From contig JADZFR010000007.1 in assembly GCA_020849795.1 (NCBI GenBank), positions 16,184 through 80,183 of the forward strand: a stretch of 64,000 nucleotides of DNA, written 5' to 3'. Position numbers and translations under genes: made by a program. Under the pieces are notes generated by a model. It ran no database searches. It had not been told where the DNA came from and saw only the letters and a program-made list of their open reading frames with translations. This document shows positions 19,764 through 29,210 of this stretch, one piece after another; the first letter of the stretch is position 1, and each line of letters opens with the position of its first letter. Source of the DNA: Planctomycetota bacterium. GTDB taxonomy: Bacteria; Planctomycetota; UBA8742; UBA2392.

Positions 19764-20372
19764 ATGCGCGCACTGACTATCATTCTGGCATTCGCTTCGG
19801 CGCTGCTTTTCATTGCCGCCTGCACACACCAGGGCGCCAACGTGGAGCCCGCTGTCGTGAGGTCCTACAGCTTCGAGGAAACGCCGCCCGAGCTTGTCGG
19901 TTACCGCGACAAGGCCAAGGGCGCCTTTCAATCGGTGGGCAATCGGCTGATCCCGCGCCTGACCACGGCCCTGAGCGAGGGCGGGCCCGTCGAGGCCGTG
20001 AAAGTGTGCCGCGAAGTCGCTCAGCCCCTCACAGACGAGGCCGGCAGAGAAGTCGGCTTTGCGGTCGGCCGCACCAGCCACAAGCTGCGCAACCCGGCAA
20101 ACGCCCCGCGCGACTGGATCAAGCAGTTGGTGGCCGACTCAGCCGGCAAGAAAGGCGCAGAGGTAAAGCCGATGCTGTTCGACCTGGGCGACCGCGTGGG
20201 CGTGGCCTCGCCGATCGTGGCCGTCGAGATGTGTGTGCAGTGCCACGGCACAGATGAGCAACTGAAGCCGGAGGTCAGCCAAATCCTGGCGAAGCAGTAC
20301 CCCGACGACAAGGCCCGCGGCTTCGCGCCTGGCGACCTGCGCGGCTGGTTCTGGGCCGAACTGCCCAAGTAG
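19764..20372 (+). CDS. DUF3365-like lipoprotein with CxxCH heme-binding motif
   Basis: Signal peptide and lipobox (IAAC). Single CVQCHG motif near the C-terminus. Confidence 0.65.
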   Translation: MRALTIILAFASALLFIAACTHQGANVEPAVVRSYSFEETPPELVGYRDKAKGAFQSVGNRLIPRLTTALSEGGPVEAVKVCREVAQPLTDEAGREVGFAVGRTSHKLRNPANAPRDWIKQLVADSAGKKGAEVKPMLFDLGDRVGVASPIVAVEMCVQCHGTDEQLKPEVSQILAKQYPDDKARGFAPGDLRGWFWAELPK

Positions 20373-20405
20373 TGAACCACGGGGTATACTGAATCCGGAG
20401 CGACC

Positions 20406-20906
20406 ATGAGCCCGGACCTTTATCTTTGTCCCTGCTGCGCGGCGCACCTGCGTGTGCCGCCTGAGCTGCACGTGATGCGCTGCGACAACTGCAGTGCCGA
20501 GCTTGCATTCATTGTGGCCGGCGGCGTCAGTGGGCTGGCCCTGTTGCCACCGGTTGGCGACGTGCCCTACTCAACGCCCGCGCAGCGCGACGCGCGTCGC
20601 CACCAGACATTCGATGCGGGCGCGCTGCTGGCCAGCCGCCGCGAAGTGCTGCTGCAGCGCGCTTTGCGCAGCCATGCGCGCTGGAGCGCTGTCTTTGTGC
20701 TGTGTATGGCCGCCGTGGTTTCGGTGTTTGCAGTCGGGATTGGCGGCGGGCGCGAGCTTTTCACGGGCGCTCGCGAACACCAGGAAGTCGCGGCTTTGGC
20801 AATGCTGGGCGGGATGTTGACGTTGCCGATCGTTGCCTACATCGCCCTGTACTTCCAGGGCCGCTCGCGCCTCGCGCTTGAGCAGGCTCGCAAGTGGTCG
20901 CCATGA
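20406..20906 (+). CDS. Zinc-ribbon membrane protein, hypothetical
   Basis: N-terminal CPCC...CDNC zinc-ribbon-like pair, then two TM helices. Confidence 0.5.
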   Translation: MSPDLYLCPCCAAHLRVPPELHVMRCDNCSAELAFIVAGGVSGLALLPPVGDVPYSTPAQRDARRHQTFDAGALLASRREVLLQRALRSHARWSAVFVLCMAAVVSVFAVGIGGGRELFTGAREHQEVAALAMLGGMLTLPIVAYIALYFQGRSRLALEQARKWSP

Positions 20907-20922
20907 CCCGCAAGCGCCTAGT

Positions 20923-21912
20923 TCATGCCGCAACTTCGATGTACTTGCCCATGCCGCGCAGCTTTTTGTAGCGCTGGTCCATCAGCTGCTCGACCGGGAT
21001 CGCCATCAGCTCAGCCAGGTGTTTCAGCAGGTACTGGCGCACGAACTCGTAGGCTTTGCGCGGGTCACGGTGGGCGCCGCCGAAGGGCTCAGGCACAATC
21101 TCGTCCATGATGCCCAGCTCGATCAGGTCATTGGGCGTCAGGCGCAGCACGCGCGCGGCGTCGCTGGCCTTTTTCGCATCGTGCCACAGAATTGCCGCGC
21201 AGCCTTCGGGGCTGATGACCGAGTAATACGCGTTCTCCATAATCAGGTAGCGGTCGCCCACGCCGATGCCCAGCGCCCCGCCGCTGCCGCCTTCACCGAT
21301 CGTCAGTGTAATGATCGGCACGCGCAATCCGCTCATCTCGCGGATGTTCTCGGCGATCGCCTGGCTTTGGCCGCGTTCTTCGGCTTCGATGCCGGGGTAT
21401 GCGCCCGGCGTATTGATGAAGCTGATAATCGGCAGGTTCAGTTTCTCGGCCAGCTTCATCTTGCGCAGCGCCTTGCGGTAGCCCTCCGGGTGCGCACAGC
21501 CGAAGTTGCACTCCAGCCGTTCTTTGAGCGTGCGGCCTTTGCGGTGGCCCATCACCATGACCTTGTTGCCTTCAAAGGTGCCGAAGCCACAGACGATGGC
21601 GGCGTCGTCCTTGTAAGCGCGGTCGCCCTTGAGTTCCTGAAAGTCGTCGATCAGCACGTTGATGTAGTCGGTGACCAGGGGTCGGTTGGGGTGGCGCGAA
21701 AGCTGAACGCGGTCCCACGGGTCGAGGTTGCCGAAGACACTTTCCATCAGCTTCTTGAGGTCTTTTTCGAACTCGCTGATGTCGGTTTCGATCGAGGCTT
21801 TGCGCTCGCCGATCGCGGTCGCGAGGTCCATGCGCATGCCCTCAATCTTCATTTCAAGCTCGACGATCGGGCGCTCAAACTCAGGCACATTCAGGCGGTC
21901 TACACCGGACAT
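20923..21912 (-). CDS. accA: Acetyl-CoA carboxylase carboxyltransferase subunit alpha
   Basis: Full-length AccA with conserved TPGAYPG and GEGGSGGALG motifs. Confidence 0.9.
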   Translation of the reverse strand: MSGVDRLNVPEFERPIVELEMKIEGMRMDLATAIGERKASIETDISEFEKDLKKLMESVFGNLDPWDRVQLSRHPNRPLVTDYINVLIDDFQELKGDRAYKDDAAIVCGFGTFEGNKVMVMGHRKGRTLKERLECNFGCAHPEGYRKALRKMKLAEKLNLPIISFINTPGAYPGIEAEERGQSQAIAENIREMSGLRVPIITLTIGEGGSGGALGIGVGDRYLIMENAYYSVISPEGCAAILWHDAKKASDAARVLRLTPNDLIELGIMDEIVPEPFGGAHRDPRKAYEFVRQYLLKHLAELMAIPVEQLMDQRYKKLRGMGKYIEVAA

Positions 21913-21973
21913 AGGCGTTCTCCGTTTGGCGCGCCAAGACTACCTTGATCAGCCGACGCTGCAAACCGCCGGG

Positions 21974-22759
21974 CTAGCTTCTCTCGCCGATGTGAATTGC
22001 CATCGTCCCCAGATTCAGCTTGCGGTACCGCACGGCGCCGAAACCCGCCTGCTGCATGCGCTGCTTCAGTGCCTCGGCGTTCGGGAACAACTGGATGCTG
22101 TCGGCCAGATAGCTGTACGCCTTGTGGCTGCTGCGTGTGAGCCGGTTGCCAACCCAGGGCACGACGCGGTTGATGTACCAGTTCGCGAAGCGGCCGATCA
22201 CGCCGCGGGCGGGTGTGGCCTCAAGAATCGCCACACGGCCGCCGGGCTTCAGCACGCGGGCCAATTCGCGCAAACCGGCGTCGATGTCTTGAAAGTTGCG
22301 CACGCCGTAGCCGACGCTGACCAAGTCGAAGCTCGCGTCGGCAAACGGCAGCCGCAGCGCATCGGCCACACACAGCGGCATGGCAATGCCGGCTTTGGCG
22401 GCTTTCTGCGCCGTGAGTTTCACCATCTCGGGCGTGAAATCGCTTGCGATGACGCCGCCGGGCGAGGGCTTGGCAAACGCGAACATGAGTGCGAGGTCGC
22501 CGGTGCCGCAGCACACGTCCAGCACGCGCTCGCCGCCCTTGAGCGCCGCCATTTTCACGGTGCGCCGGCGCCAAGCCTGGTCGCGCCCGCCCGAGATAAT
22601 GCGGTTCAGCAGGTCATAGCGCCCGGCAATGCCGGCAAACATCGCCCGCACCGCCGGCCCGCGCGCGTCGTCGCGCGGGTCTACCTCAGAGTCGCCGCGC
22701 AGCTTGGGTTCAGGTGTAGTGGCTGTGCCCATGATCGGATCGTCGATACTGCCGGGCAC
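21974..22759 (-). CDS. ubiE: Demethylmenaquinone/ubiquinone C-methyltransferase
   Basis: SAM-binding motif VLDVCCGTGD, followed by the UbiE/MenG family motifs. Confidence 0.85.
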   Translation of the reverse strand: MPGSIDDPIMGTATTPEPKLRGDSEVDPRDDARGPAVRAMFAGIAGRYDLLNRIISGGRDQAWRRRTVKMAALKGGERVLDVCCGTGDLALMFAFAKPSPGGVIASDFTPEMVKLTAQKAAKAGIAMPLCVADALRLPFADASFDLVSVGYGVRNFQDIDAGLRELARVLKPGGRVAILEATPARGVIGRFANWYINRVVPWVGNRLTRSSHKAYSYLADSIQLFPNAEALKQRMQQAGFGAVRYRKLNLGTMAIHIGERS

Positions 22760-22767
22760 GCAGTCAA

Positions 22768-22803
22768 AGTAAAAGCCCCGGCGCGGTGGCCGGGGCTTTT
22801 ACT
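22768..22803 (-). terminator. Rho-independent terminator-like hairpin downstream of rpsI
   Basis: 15-bp palindromic stem AGTAAAAGCCCCGGC-gcggtg-GCCGGGGCTTTTACT with flanking A/T. Confidence 0.45.
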
Positions 22804-22818
22804 TTGAGTTGCGGTGGG

Positions 22819-23223
22819 TTAGCGCTTGCTGAACTGCGTGCCGCGGCGGGCACCGCGCATGCCGTACTTCTTGCGCTCTTTCATGCGGCTGTCGCGCGTG
22901 AGCAGGTCGTGCTCTTTGAGCTTGGGCTCAAGTTCCTTGTTCACCTTGATCAGCGCGCGGCTGATACCGAGGCGGACTGCCTCAGCTTGCGCGCCGACGC
23001 CGCCGCCGTGCACATTGGCGAAGACGTCGAACTTGTCGTTCAGGTCCGTGACCTTGAACGGCTTGCGAATGCTGTTGCGCTGCATCACGGCGACAAAAAA
23101 CTCGTCAGCGTCGCGCTTGTTGATCGTGATCTTGCCGGTGCCGGTACGGATACGAACGCGGGCGACCGCAGTCTTGCGGCGGCCCAGGCCCCAGGTGTGT
23201 GTGTTGTCTGCCATGTGGTTCAC
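22819..23223 (-). CDS. rpsI: 30S ribosomal protein S9
   Basis: Conserved C-terminus ...RRGTQFSKR, 134 aa. Confidence 0.9.
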   Translation of the reverse strand: MNHMADNTHTWGLGRRKTAVARVRIRTGTGKITINKRDADEFFVAVMQRNSIRKPFKVTDLNDKFDVFANVHGGGVGAQAEAVRLGISRALIKVNKELEPKLKEHDLLTRDSRMKERKKYGMRGARRGTQFSKR

Positions 23224-23256
23224 CTCATGCGCGCCGCTTTGGCGCGTGCTTGCTTG

Positions 23257-23730
23257 TTACGACTCGAGTGAAGCCTTGCGCCCGTACTTCACCACATACG
23301 GCTGCGGCTTCTGGGCGACGTGCGGGTGCTCGGCGCCTTCATAGATCTTGAGCTTGCCGAGCATTTTGCGGCCCAGCTTGTTTTTGGGCAGCATGCGCCG
23401 CACCGCAAGGCGCAGCACCTTTTCAGGGTTCTTTTCAATGACCTGCTCGAAGGTGCGCAGCTTGCGACCGCCCGGGTAGCCCGACCAGTCCTGGTACATC
23501 TTCTGCTTGTTCTTCTTGCCGGTCACGACCAGTTTTCCTGCGTTGGTCACGACGACAAAGTCGCCCGTGTCCACGTGCGTCGTATATGTGGCCTTGTGCT
23601 TGCCCATGAGCATCACGGCAATCTTGTTCGCCATGCGGCCGAGAATCTGGCCCGTCGCGTCGATTACGTGCCACTCCGGCTTGACATCAACCGCTTTGGC
23701 GACCCAGGTCTTCTGTGACAGTGCTACCAT
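23257..23730 (-). CDS. rplM: 50S ribosomal protein L13
   Basis: L13 fold. Start set at the internal ATG (MVALSQKTW); the ORF extends to 23883. Confidence 0.9.
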   Translation of the reverse strand: MVALSQKTWVAKAVDVKPEWHVIDATGQILGRMANKIAVMLMGKHKATYTTHVDTGDFVVVTNAGKLVVTGKKNKQKMYQDWSGYPGGRKLRTFEQVIEKNPEKVLRLAVRRMLPKNKLGRKMLGKLKIYEGAEHPHVAQKPQPYVVKYGRKASLES

Positions 23731-23891
23731 AGCTGCCTCGCTTACCCACAAACACAATGCCCCCGCTCGCAGGCGGAGGGGCGAGGAAGATAACAGCGCG
23801 GGGTACCCTGTCAACAGGGCGGGAGCTATTGTAGCGAGCGCATTCTGTTGGTTAGCTGTACGAACCCTCTTGGCAGACGCCAAGGTCGCAC

Positions 23892-24563
23892 ATGAAGTTT
23901 GATGCCCGTGTCATGGGCGTTCCGAACCACCTCGCGAACGCCCGAAAGTACCTTTCCAAGGCGGATTTCGCACTGGAACAGGCCAAAATCAAAGCCGCCG
24001 AAAACCGGCTGCTGGAAAAACTGCCCGACCAGAAGCGGGCGATTTCTGACATGTTCAAGCGCAAACTCGACTGCATCACGCACTTCCGCTGTGAGCGCTT
24101 CAACTTTCTTGAGCCACTGCAACAGTTCGCCACCTTCATCGATGGAACATCGCCCGAAGAGGTGATACAGGAAAACGCCTGGACCGGCGCGCTGCACATC
24201 GTGCTGATGGGCCAGAACGATTGCATGGTCGTGCCGTTCGACTTCAGTGTGCCGTTCGAAACCCGCGTCGAGGGCCGCACGCACCCCTACGTGCTGTGTT
24301 CAAGCCAGCGCATGAAAAAAGAACTCGACATGCTCGACGAGTACGTGGCCGTTGAGCACACGATGGGCATCCGCCAGTTCGACGCGTTCGTCGATCTGCG
24401 CCGCCAGGACATGGAAAAGTTCGAAAGAAGCGAAGGCGTCGGTCGCCGCTTCTGGGCCAAGTGGGGCGTCATGGCCCTGCGCGGCATGGTCGAGCGCAGT
24501 GTGCGGGCCGCTGTGCCCATCTTCGTCGATCCCCAGTTCGGCGAAGTCCCCGCAACCGTCTAG
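23892..24563 (+). CDS. Hypothetical protein
   Basis: 223-aa ORF divergent from rplM with coding-like composition; no recognisable motifs. Confidence 0.5.
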   Translation: MKFDARVMGVPNHLANARKYLSKADFALEQAKIKAAENRLLEKLPDQKRAISDMFKRKLDCITHFRCERFNFLEPLQQFATFIDGTSPEEVIQENAWTGALHIVLMGQNDCMVVPFDFSVPFETRVEGRTHPYVLCSSQRMKKELDMLDEYVAVEHTMGIRQFDAFVDLRRQDMEKFERSEGVGRRFWAKWGVMALRGMVERSVRAAVPIFVDPQFGEVPATV

Positions 24564-24780
24564 CAACCTGCCGCAGCCGTCCACGTTGCGGGGGTTGCCA
24601 GGTACCGACCGCTTTCGTTCACATTCTGAACGATTCATCAACCCACGAGATCCTTGTCGCCATCGCAAGCTGCACGCGTATACCGCTTTGCTGTCAACAC
24701 TTACGACGCTCCATTCATGACAAGTTTCGCCATTGGCACGAAGCCAGCATGTCTCCGGCTACCCAGTACCGGAGCCTGCC

Positions 24781-26160
24781 ATGCTCAATCCCCAGCGCGC
24801 ACTCGCACTTTGCCTTTTCCTGCTTGGTCTCATCGTCGCCGGCTGCGGCAACAGCGGCGGCTCGGCTTCCACCGTTCCCGTCGGGCCTGGCGGGGGCGGC
24901 TCGGGTGGTGGTGGTGGCGGAACCAATACTCCGCCCACCATCACCTCCAGCCCGGCGCTCGCCGGCACAGTCGGCACCGCATACCTGTACCAAGCCAGCG
25001 CAAGCGACGCCCAGGGTGACGCCTTGATCTGGTCACTCTCGGCGGCGCCTGCAAGCATGATCGTCAATGGCAGCGGCGCCCTGACCTGGACCCCCACCGC
25101 AGCCGGCAACCACAACGTCACGTTGCTCTGTGGCGATGGCCAGGCCAGCGACACCCAAAGTTGGACAATCGCGGTGGCAAGCCAGGGTGGCGGCGGCGGG
25201 CTGCCGGCCAGCGTAACACTCACGGATATGGGGCAGCTCCCCAACGGCATGCTGGTACTCAGCGACATGGTCGAGTTCGACGGCAAGCTGTACATCGCCG
25301 CGGCGCAGGCACCGCTGGCCAGCCCCTTCGGCGCAGGCATCTACTACTTCAATGGCAGCAGCATCCAGACGGCGCGCTTCGACTCCGGCAGCCAGGGTTA
25401 CCTGCGCACCAAGGTCTACAACAACAAGCTGTACGTGCCCGATGGCGACCCCAACGGCCTGGCACCCGGGTACGTATACGTGTTCAGCCCGGGCAGCACG
25501 GTACCGCTGCAGACCAGCGTGACCGGCGCCGTTCACAATTTCGATGTCGTGCAATTCGGCGGGCAGCTTTACGTCAGCGGCAGCAACAACAGCGGCCAGA
25601 GCACCCTGCATCGCTACAACGCCAGCACAAGCGTGTGGGACCAGGTCAGCACCGGCGCCTACTCGCGCCTTAAATACATGGGCGTGCTCGACAACAAGAT
25701 CTGGTCCAGCAAGACCACACAAAGCGGTGTCGATGGCGTCTGGATTGAAGGCAACATGGCCCAGAGCGGCTTTGTCGCAAGCACCAGCGGCGGCAACCTG
25801 ATCCCGTGCATCGAAGAGATCGACAACAAGCTGTACATGGTGCTGTGGGGCCAGTCGGGTGTGTTCAACTTCATCGTGAACCCGAGCAGCACGACGACAG
25901 CCATCACCGGCGTCACCGGCATCATGTGGGACATCATCAAGCATACCGACGGCAACTACTACATGGTCTCGTGGGACGGCACCAACGACCGCATCTACGG
26001 CAGCACCAATGGCGTGGCGTTCACACAACTTTACAGCGCCGCCGGCAGCAAGTTCGGACAGCCGGGCAGCAACGCCGACGGCCGGCCCAGCATCGCCAGC
26101 TTCAATGGCAAGGTGTACGTGGGCAGCAGCACGAACGGCCGCCTGTATCGCCTGGACTGA
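24781..26160 (+). CDS. Lipoprotein with Gly-rich linker, putative Ig-like domain and beta-rich repeats
   Basis: Signal peptide plus lipobox VAGC, (G)n linker, Ig-like segment (TPPTITSSP...WTIAV), then repeated beta-strand units. Confidence 0.6.
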   Translation: MLNPQRALALCLFLLGLIVAGCGNSGGSASTVPVGPGGGGSGGGGGGTNTPPTITSSPALAGTVGTAYLYQASASDAQGDALIWSLSAAPASMIVNGSGALTWTPTAAGNHNVTLLCGDGQASDTQSWTIAVASQGGGGGLPASVTLTDMGQLPNGMLVLSDMVEFDGKLYIAAAQAPLASPFGAGIYYFNGSSIQTARFDSGSQGYLRTKVYNNKLYVPDGDPNGLAPGYVYVFSPGSTVPLQTSVTGAVHNFDVVQFGGQLYVSGSNNSGQSTLHRYNASTSVWDQVSTGAYSRLKYMGVLDNKIWSSKTTQSGVDGVWIEGNMAQSGFVASTSGGNLIPCIEEIDNKLYMVLWGQSGVFNFIVNPSSTTTAITGVTGIMWDIIKHTDGNYYMVSWDGTNDRIYGSTNGVAFTQLYSAAGSKFGQPGSNADGRPSIASFNGKVYVGSSTNGRLYRLD

Positions 26161-26238
26161 ACGGTCGAGAACTCCGGGCTTGTTCCCGGGGTTCTTGTTT
26201 CAACGGCATCGTCCGCCAAAACGCCAAGTCAGGCAGCT

Positions 26239-26670
26239 CTATCGCTTCGCGCCCACGAACTGGATGCGCACTTCGCCTACCTTCGCCCCCTTCATGGGTT
26301 TGCCGGTGGCGGGGTCGATCGGCTTGAGCTGCTTGAGCAGCTCCGGGTCTACCTGCACATCATAGATGCGGCCGCTTTCGGTGCAGACAAAGTGCTGGTG
26401 AGGCTCCAGCGTCGCGTCAAAACGGCGCAGCCCGTCACTGCTGGTCAGCGACGTGATCACGCCGGCTTCGGCCAGCTTGTCGAGGTTCTGGTAAACGGTC
26501 GCGCGGCCAATGTGGTGCCCGGCCGCTTCAAGCCGCACAGCCAGCTCGTCGGCAGAAGGATGGTCGCGCACTTCTTCCAGCGACGCAAGAATGGCAACGC
26601 GTGCCGTGGTCGGCCGCAAGCCGGCCCTCGCGATTTTGTCAGCTACGATTGTGTGGGGCCTGTGCGCCAT
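26239..26670 (-). CDS. Fur family transcriptional regulator
   Basis: Winged-helix N-domain (TTARVAILASL) plus His-rich metal-site residues (HH, HQH). Start at the internal ATG; only one Cys. Confidence 0.8.
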   Translation of the reverse strand: MAHRPHTIVADKIARAGLRPTTARVAILASLEEVRDHPSADELAVRLEAAGHHIGRATVYQNLDKLAEAGVITSLTSSDGLRRFDATLEPHQHFVCTESGRIYDVQVDPELLKQLKPIDPATGKPMKGAKVGEVRIQFVGAKR

Positions 26671-26862
26671 CGTCGTTCGAACCGTTAACGCCCTGCAATC
26701 TACTTGTATGCCGGAGGACCCGCCATATGTGGAAATGGCCAGCCTGATCGGCGCCACCAAAACCGGCGCTACAATTGCCCTCTGTCGCGCTGATTCCTAA
26801 CGTATCAGGGCTGGGTCGCCTTGGCGGATGGCTTTGTCCGCCGTTGGATACTGGAGAAGATT

Positions 26863-27882
26863 ATGAGACTGCTGCTGTTACCTGCCCTGTTGCTGGCCTG
26901 CGTGCCGCTTGCCGCTCAGGAAGTGAAAGTCGGCGATGACGTTGCCGAGTTCAGCCCGCGCAACTGGATCAACCCGCCCGCGTTCGCCTCGTTTGAAGAG
27001 CTGCGCGGCGACGTCATCATGATCAAGGCCTGGGGCAAGAACTGAGGCCCCTGCATCCGGCAGTTGCCGGCAATGAACGAGTACCACGAAAAAGCGGGCC
27101 TGCACGTCGTGACCCTCTATGCGCAGACACACAAGCTTGAAGAAATCGAAGAGCTGGTCAACAAGCACGAAATCAAATACCCCATCGCCATGGACGCCTT
27201 CTGGGACGCCGGCTACCACGCGCCGGGCTTACCCAAGATGTGGATCATCGGCGCCGACGGCAAAGTCAAGTTTGCCGGCATGAGCGGCTATTCCAAAGTG
27301 CTTGAAGAAGAGCTGGCCAAGGTGAAGTATCCCGGGCTGGCCAAGGACAAAGTCCACTCAGCCCTTGAACCCGCCGCCAAGCTGTTTGTCGAGGGCAAGT
27401 ACGCCGAAGCCCACAAAGCCGCCGAGGCCCTGTACGATGAAACCGATGACGAAACAGTCGAAGAAGACGCCTCGTACATCATGAAGCGCATTGAGGCGCG
27501 TATGAGTGCATTGGCGGTCCGTGCTGAGACTGCCGAGGCGATGAAGGACTACGCGCTGGCCATGAAGTGCTGGGAACAACTTGCAGCCTACAAGGGGCTC
27601 GACGATGCCGAAGAAGCGCCCGCGCGCCTGAAGAAGCTGCAAGGCAGCGAAGATGTGAAGAAAGAGCTTGCCGCCAAACGCGCTCTGCTGGCCGAGATGC
27701 TGCTGCTTGACCTCGGATATGCCGAGATCGACGCCAGTGACGCGGACCAGCTGAAGAAGTTCCGCGAGAAGTGCCTCGAGACCTACAAGAAGTTCGCCGC
27801 AGACAACAAGGGCACCGGCGCCGCCGAGCGGGCCAACGAACTGATCGGCATTTTCAAAGAGCTGCTCGGCATCAAGGACTGA
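26863..27882 (+). CDS. Candidate selenoprotein: secreted TlpA/thioredoxin-like thiol:disulfide oxidoreductase (UGPC motif) with C-terminal acidic helical domain; in-frame TGA at 27043-27045
   Basis: ORFs 26821..27045 and 27064..27882 share one frame, separated only by the TGA. Translation through the TGA reads VIMIKAWGKN-U-GPCIRQLPAMNEYHEK, matching the TlpA active site (VVLVNFWASWCGPC...). The paralog has TGT at this position. GGAG Shine-Dalgarno sits 7 nt before ATG 26863. Alternative reading: nonsense pseudogene. Confidence 0.55.
27057..27070 (+). promoter_or_regulatory. Candidate bacterial SECIS hairpin
   Basis: CCGGC-AGUU-GCCGG hairpin starting 11 nt downstream of the in-frame UGA, with a G/U-containing apical loop. 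Geometry resembles E. coli fdhF SECIS. Confidence 0.4.
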
Positions 27883-27976
27883 CGCGAGTGCACCAGGACA
27901 ACCCGGCGGATTGCGCCGGGTTGTTTCATTGTGGGCCCACGCAATCTACTGTGGGGCGGGCCACACGGAGATTGCC

Positions 27977-29035
27977 ATGACACGACTGCTGCTGATTGCG
28001 TTGCTATGCGCGCCGTTGTGCGCGCAGGTCAAAGTCGGCGATGACGCACCGGACTTTTCGCCGCGCAACTGGATCAACCCGCCGACCTTCAACTCCTTCG
28101 ACGAGCTTGCCGGCGACGTCATTCTCCTGAAAGCCTGGGGCATCAACTGTACCGGCAGCATGAGCCAACTGGACGCTACCAACAAGCTCGCGGAAACCCC
28201 GGGCCTGCATGTCGTCACGTTCTACGCCCAGACCCACAAGCTTGAGCAGATTGAAGCCGTCGTGAAATCCAACAACATCAAGTACCCGATCGCCCTGGAC
28301 GAGACGCCATGGCTGGCCGGATACGATGCACCCGACCTGCCCAAGGTCTGGATCATCGGCACCGACGGCATCGTCAAGTTCGCGGGCACCGACACCTACG
28401 ACGAAGCACTCAAGGCTGAACTTGCGAAGGTCAAGTACCCGGGCCTGGGCAAGCACAGTATCGCAAAAGGCCTTGAGCCTGCCGCCAAACTGTTCGTCGC
28501 CGGCAAGTTCAAAGAAGCCTACGACCTCGCCGAGAAGATGTTTGACGAGACTGACGACGAAGCCGAAGAAAACGACGCCGACTGGATCATGAAGCGCATC
28601 GACGGGCGCATGAACACGCTCAGCGTGCGCGCCGCCACCTCGGAAGTGCTGAAGGAGTACACGCTGGCCATGCGCTGCTGGGAAGAGCTTGCGCGATACA
28701 AGGGGCTGGACGACGCCGAAGAGGCGCCCGGGAGACTGAAGAAGCTGCAGGAAAGCGCTGACGTCAAGAAGGAGGTTGCGGCGCGCCGTAGCCTGCTGAT
28801 GCTGATGTGCGACCTGGACGTTGAGTTTCAGGTTTTGGACGACAGTGAACCCGCGACCGTAAAGGCCTTCCGCGAGAAGTGTCTCAAGGCCTACCAGGAG
28901 TTCGCCTCAGCCAACAAAGGCACAGGCGCCGCCGACCGCGCCGATGAGCTGGTCAAGGCGTTCAAGCAGTTGTTGGGAATCCCCGACGAGCCCGCAAAGG
29001 ACCCTGTCAAACAAGAGCCGCCCAAAAAAGACTGA
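27977..29035 (+). CDS. TlpA/thioredoxin-like secreted protein, Cys paralog (CTGS motif), with C-terminal acidic helical domain
   Basis: ~55-60% identical to the upstream gene over the full length. Signal peptide present. WGINCTGS where the upstream gene has WGKN-U-GPC. GGAG 7 nt before the ATG. Confidence 0.75.
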   Translation: MTRLLLIALLCAPLCAQVKVGDDAPDFSPRNWINPPTFNSFDELAGDVILLKAWGINCTGSMSQLDATNKLAETPGLHVVTFYAQTHKLEQIEAVVKSNNIKYPIALDETPWLAGYDAPDLPKVWIIGTDGIVKFAGTDTYDEALKAELAKVKYPGLGKHSIAKGLEPAAKLFVAGKFKEAYDLAEKMFDETDDEAEENDADWIMKRIDGRMNTLSVRAATSEVLKEYTLAMRCWEELARYKGLDDAEEAPGRLKKLQESADVKKEVAARRSLLMLMCDLDVEFQVLDDSEPATVKAFREKCLKAYQEFASANKGTGAADRADELVKAFKQLLGIPDEPAKDPVKQEPPKKD

Positions 29036-29210
29036 CTCTCTCAAGTGTTGTGGGTTGCTGCCTTTACGGGAAAGCCAGCGCCGCAAGTCTGTTTTCTTTG
29101 TCGCCGGAACCTTCGCGCGTCCTGTGGGGTCCATGTAGTCTAACTGCTGTTTGATCCACTCAAAGAAACCGCGAAGGCGGGTTCCGATTGTGACTACCCA
29201 GGAGAACGGA

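Noticed and set aside
26821-27882. Treating 26821..27045 and 27064..27882 as two independent genes.
   Set aside because: The first would be a 60-aa signal peptide plus one beta-strand fragment, and the second a thioredoxin fold missing its N-terminal strand. They are in one frame, separated by a single TGA exactly at the active-site Cys position. One gene (Sec readthrough or nonsense pseudogene) is the better explanation.
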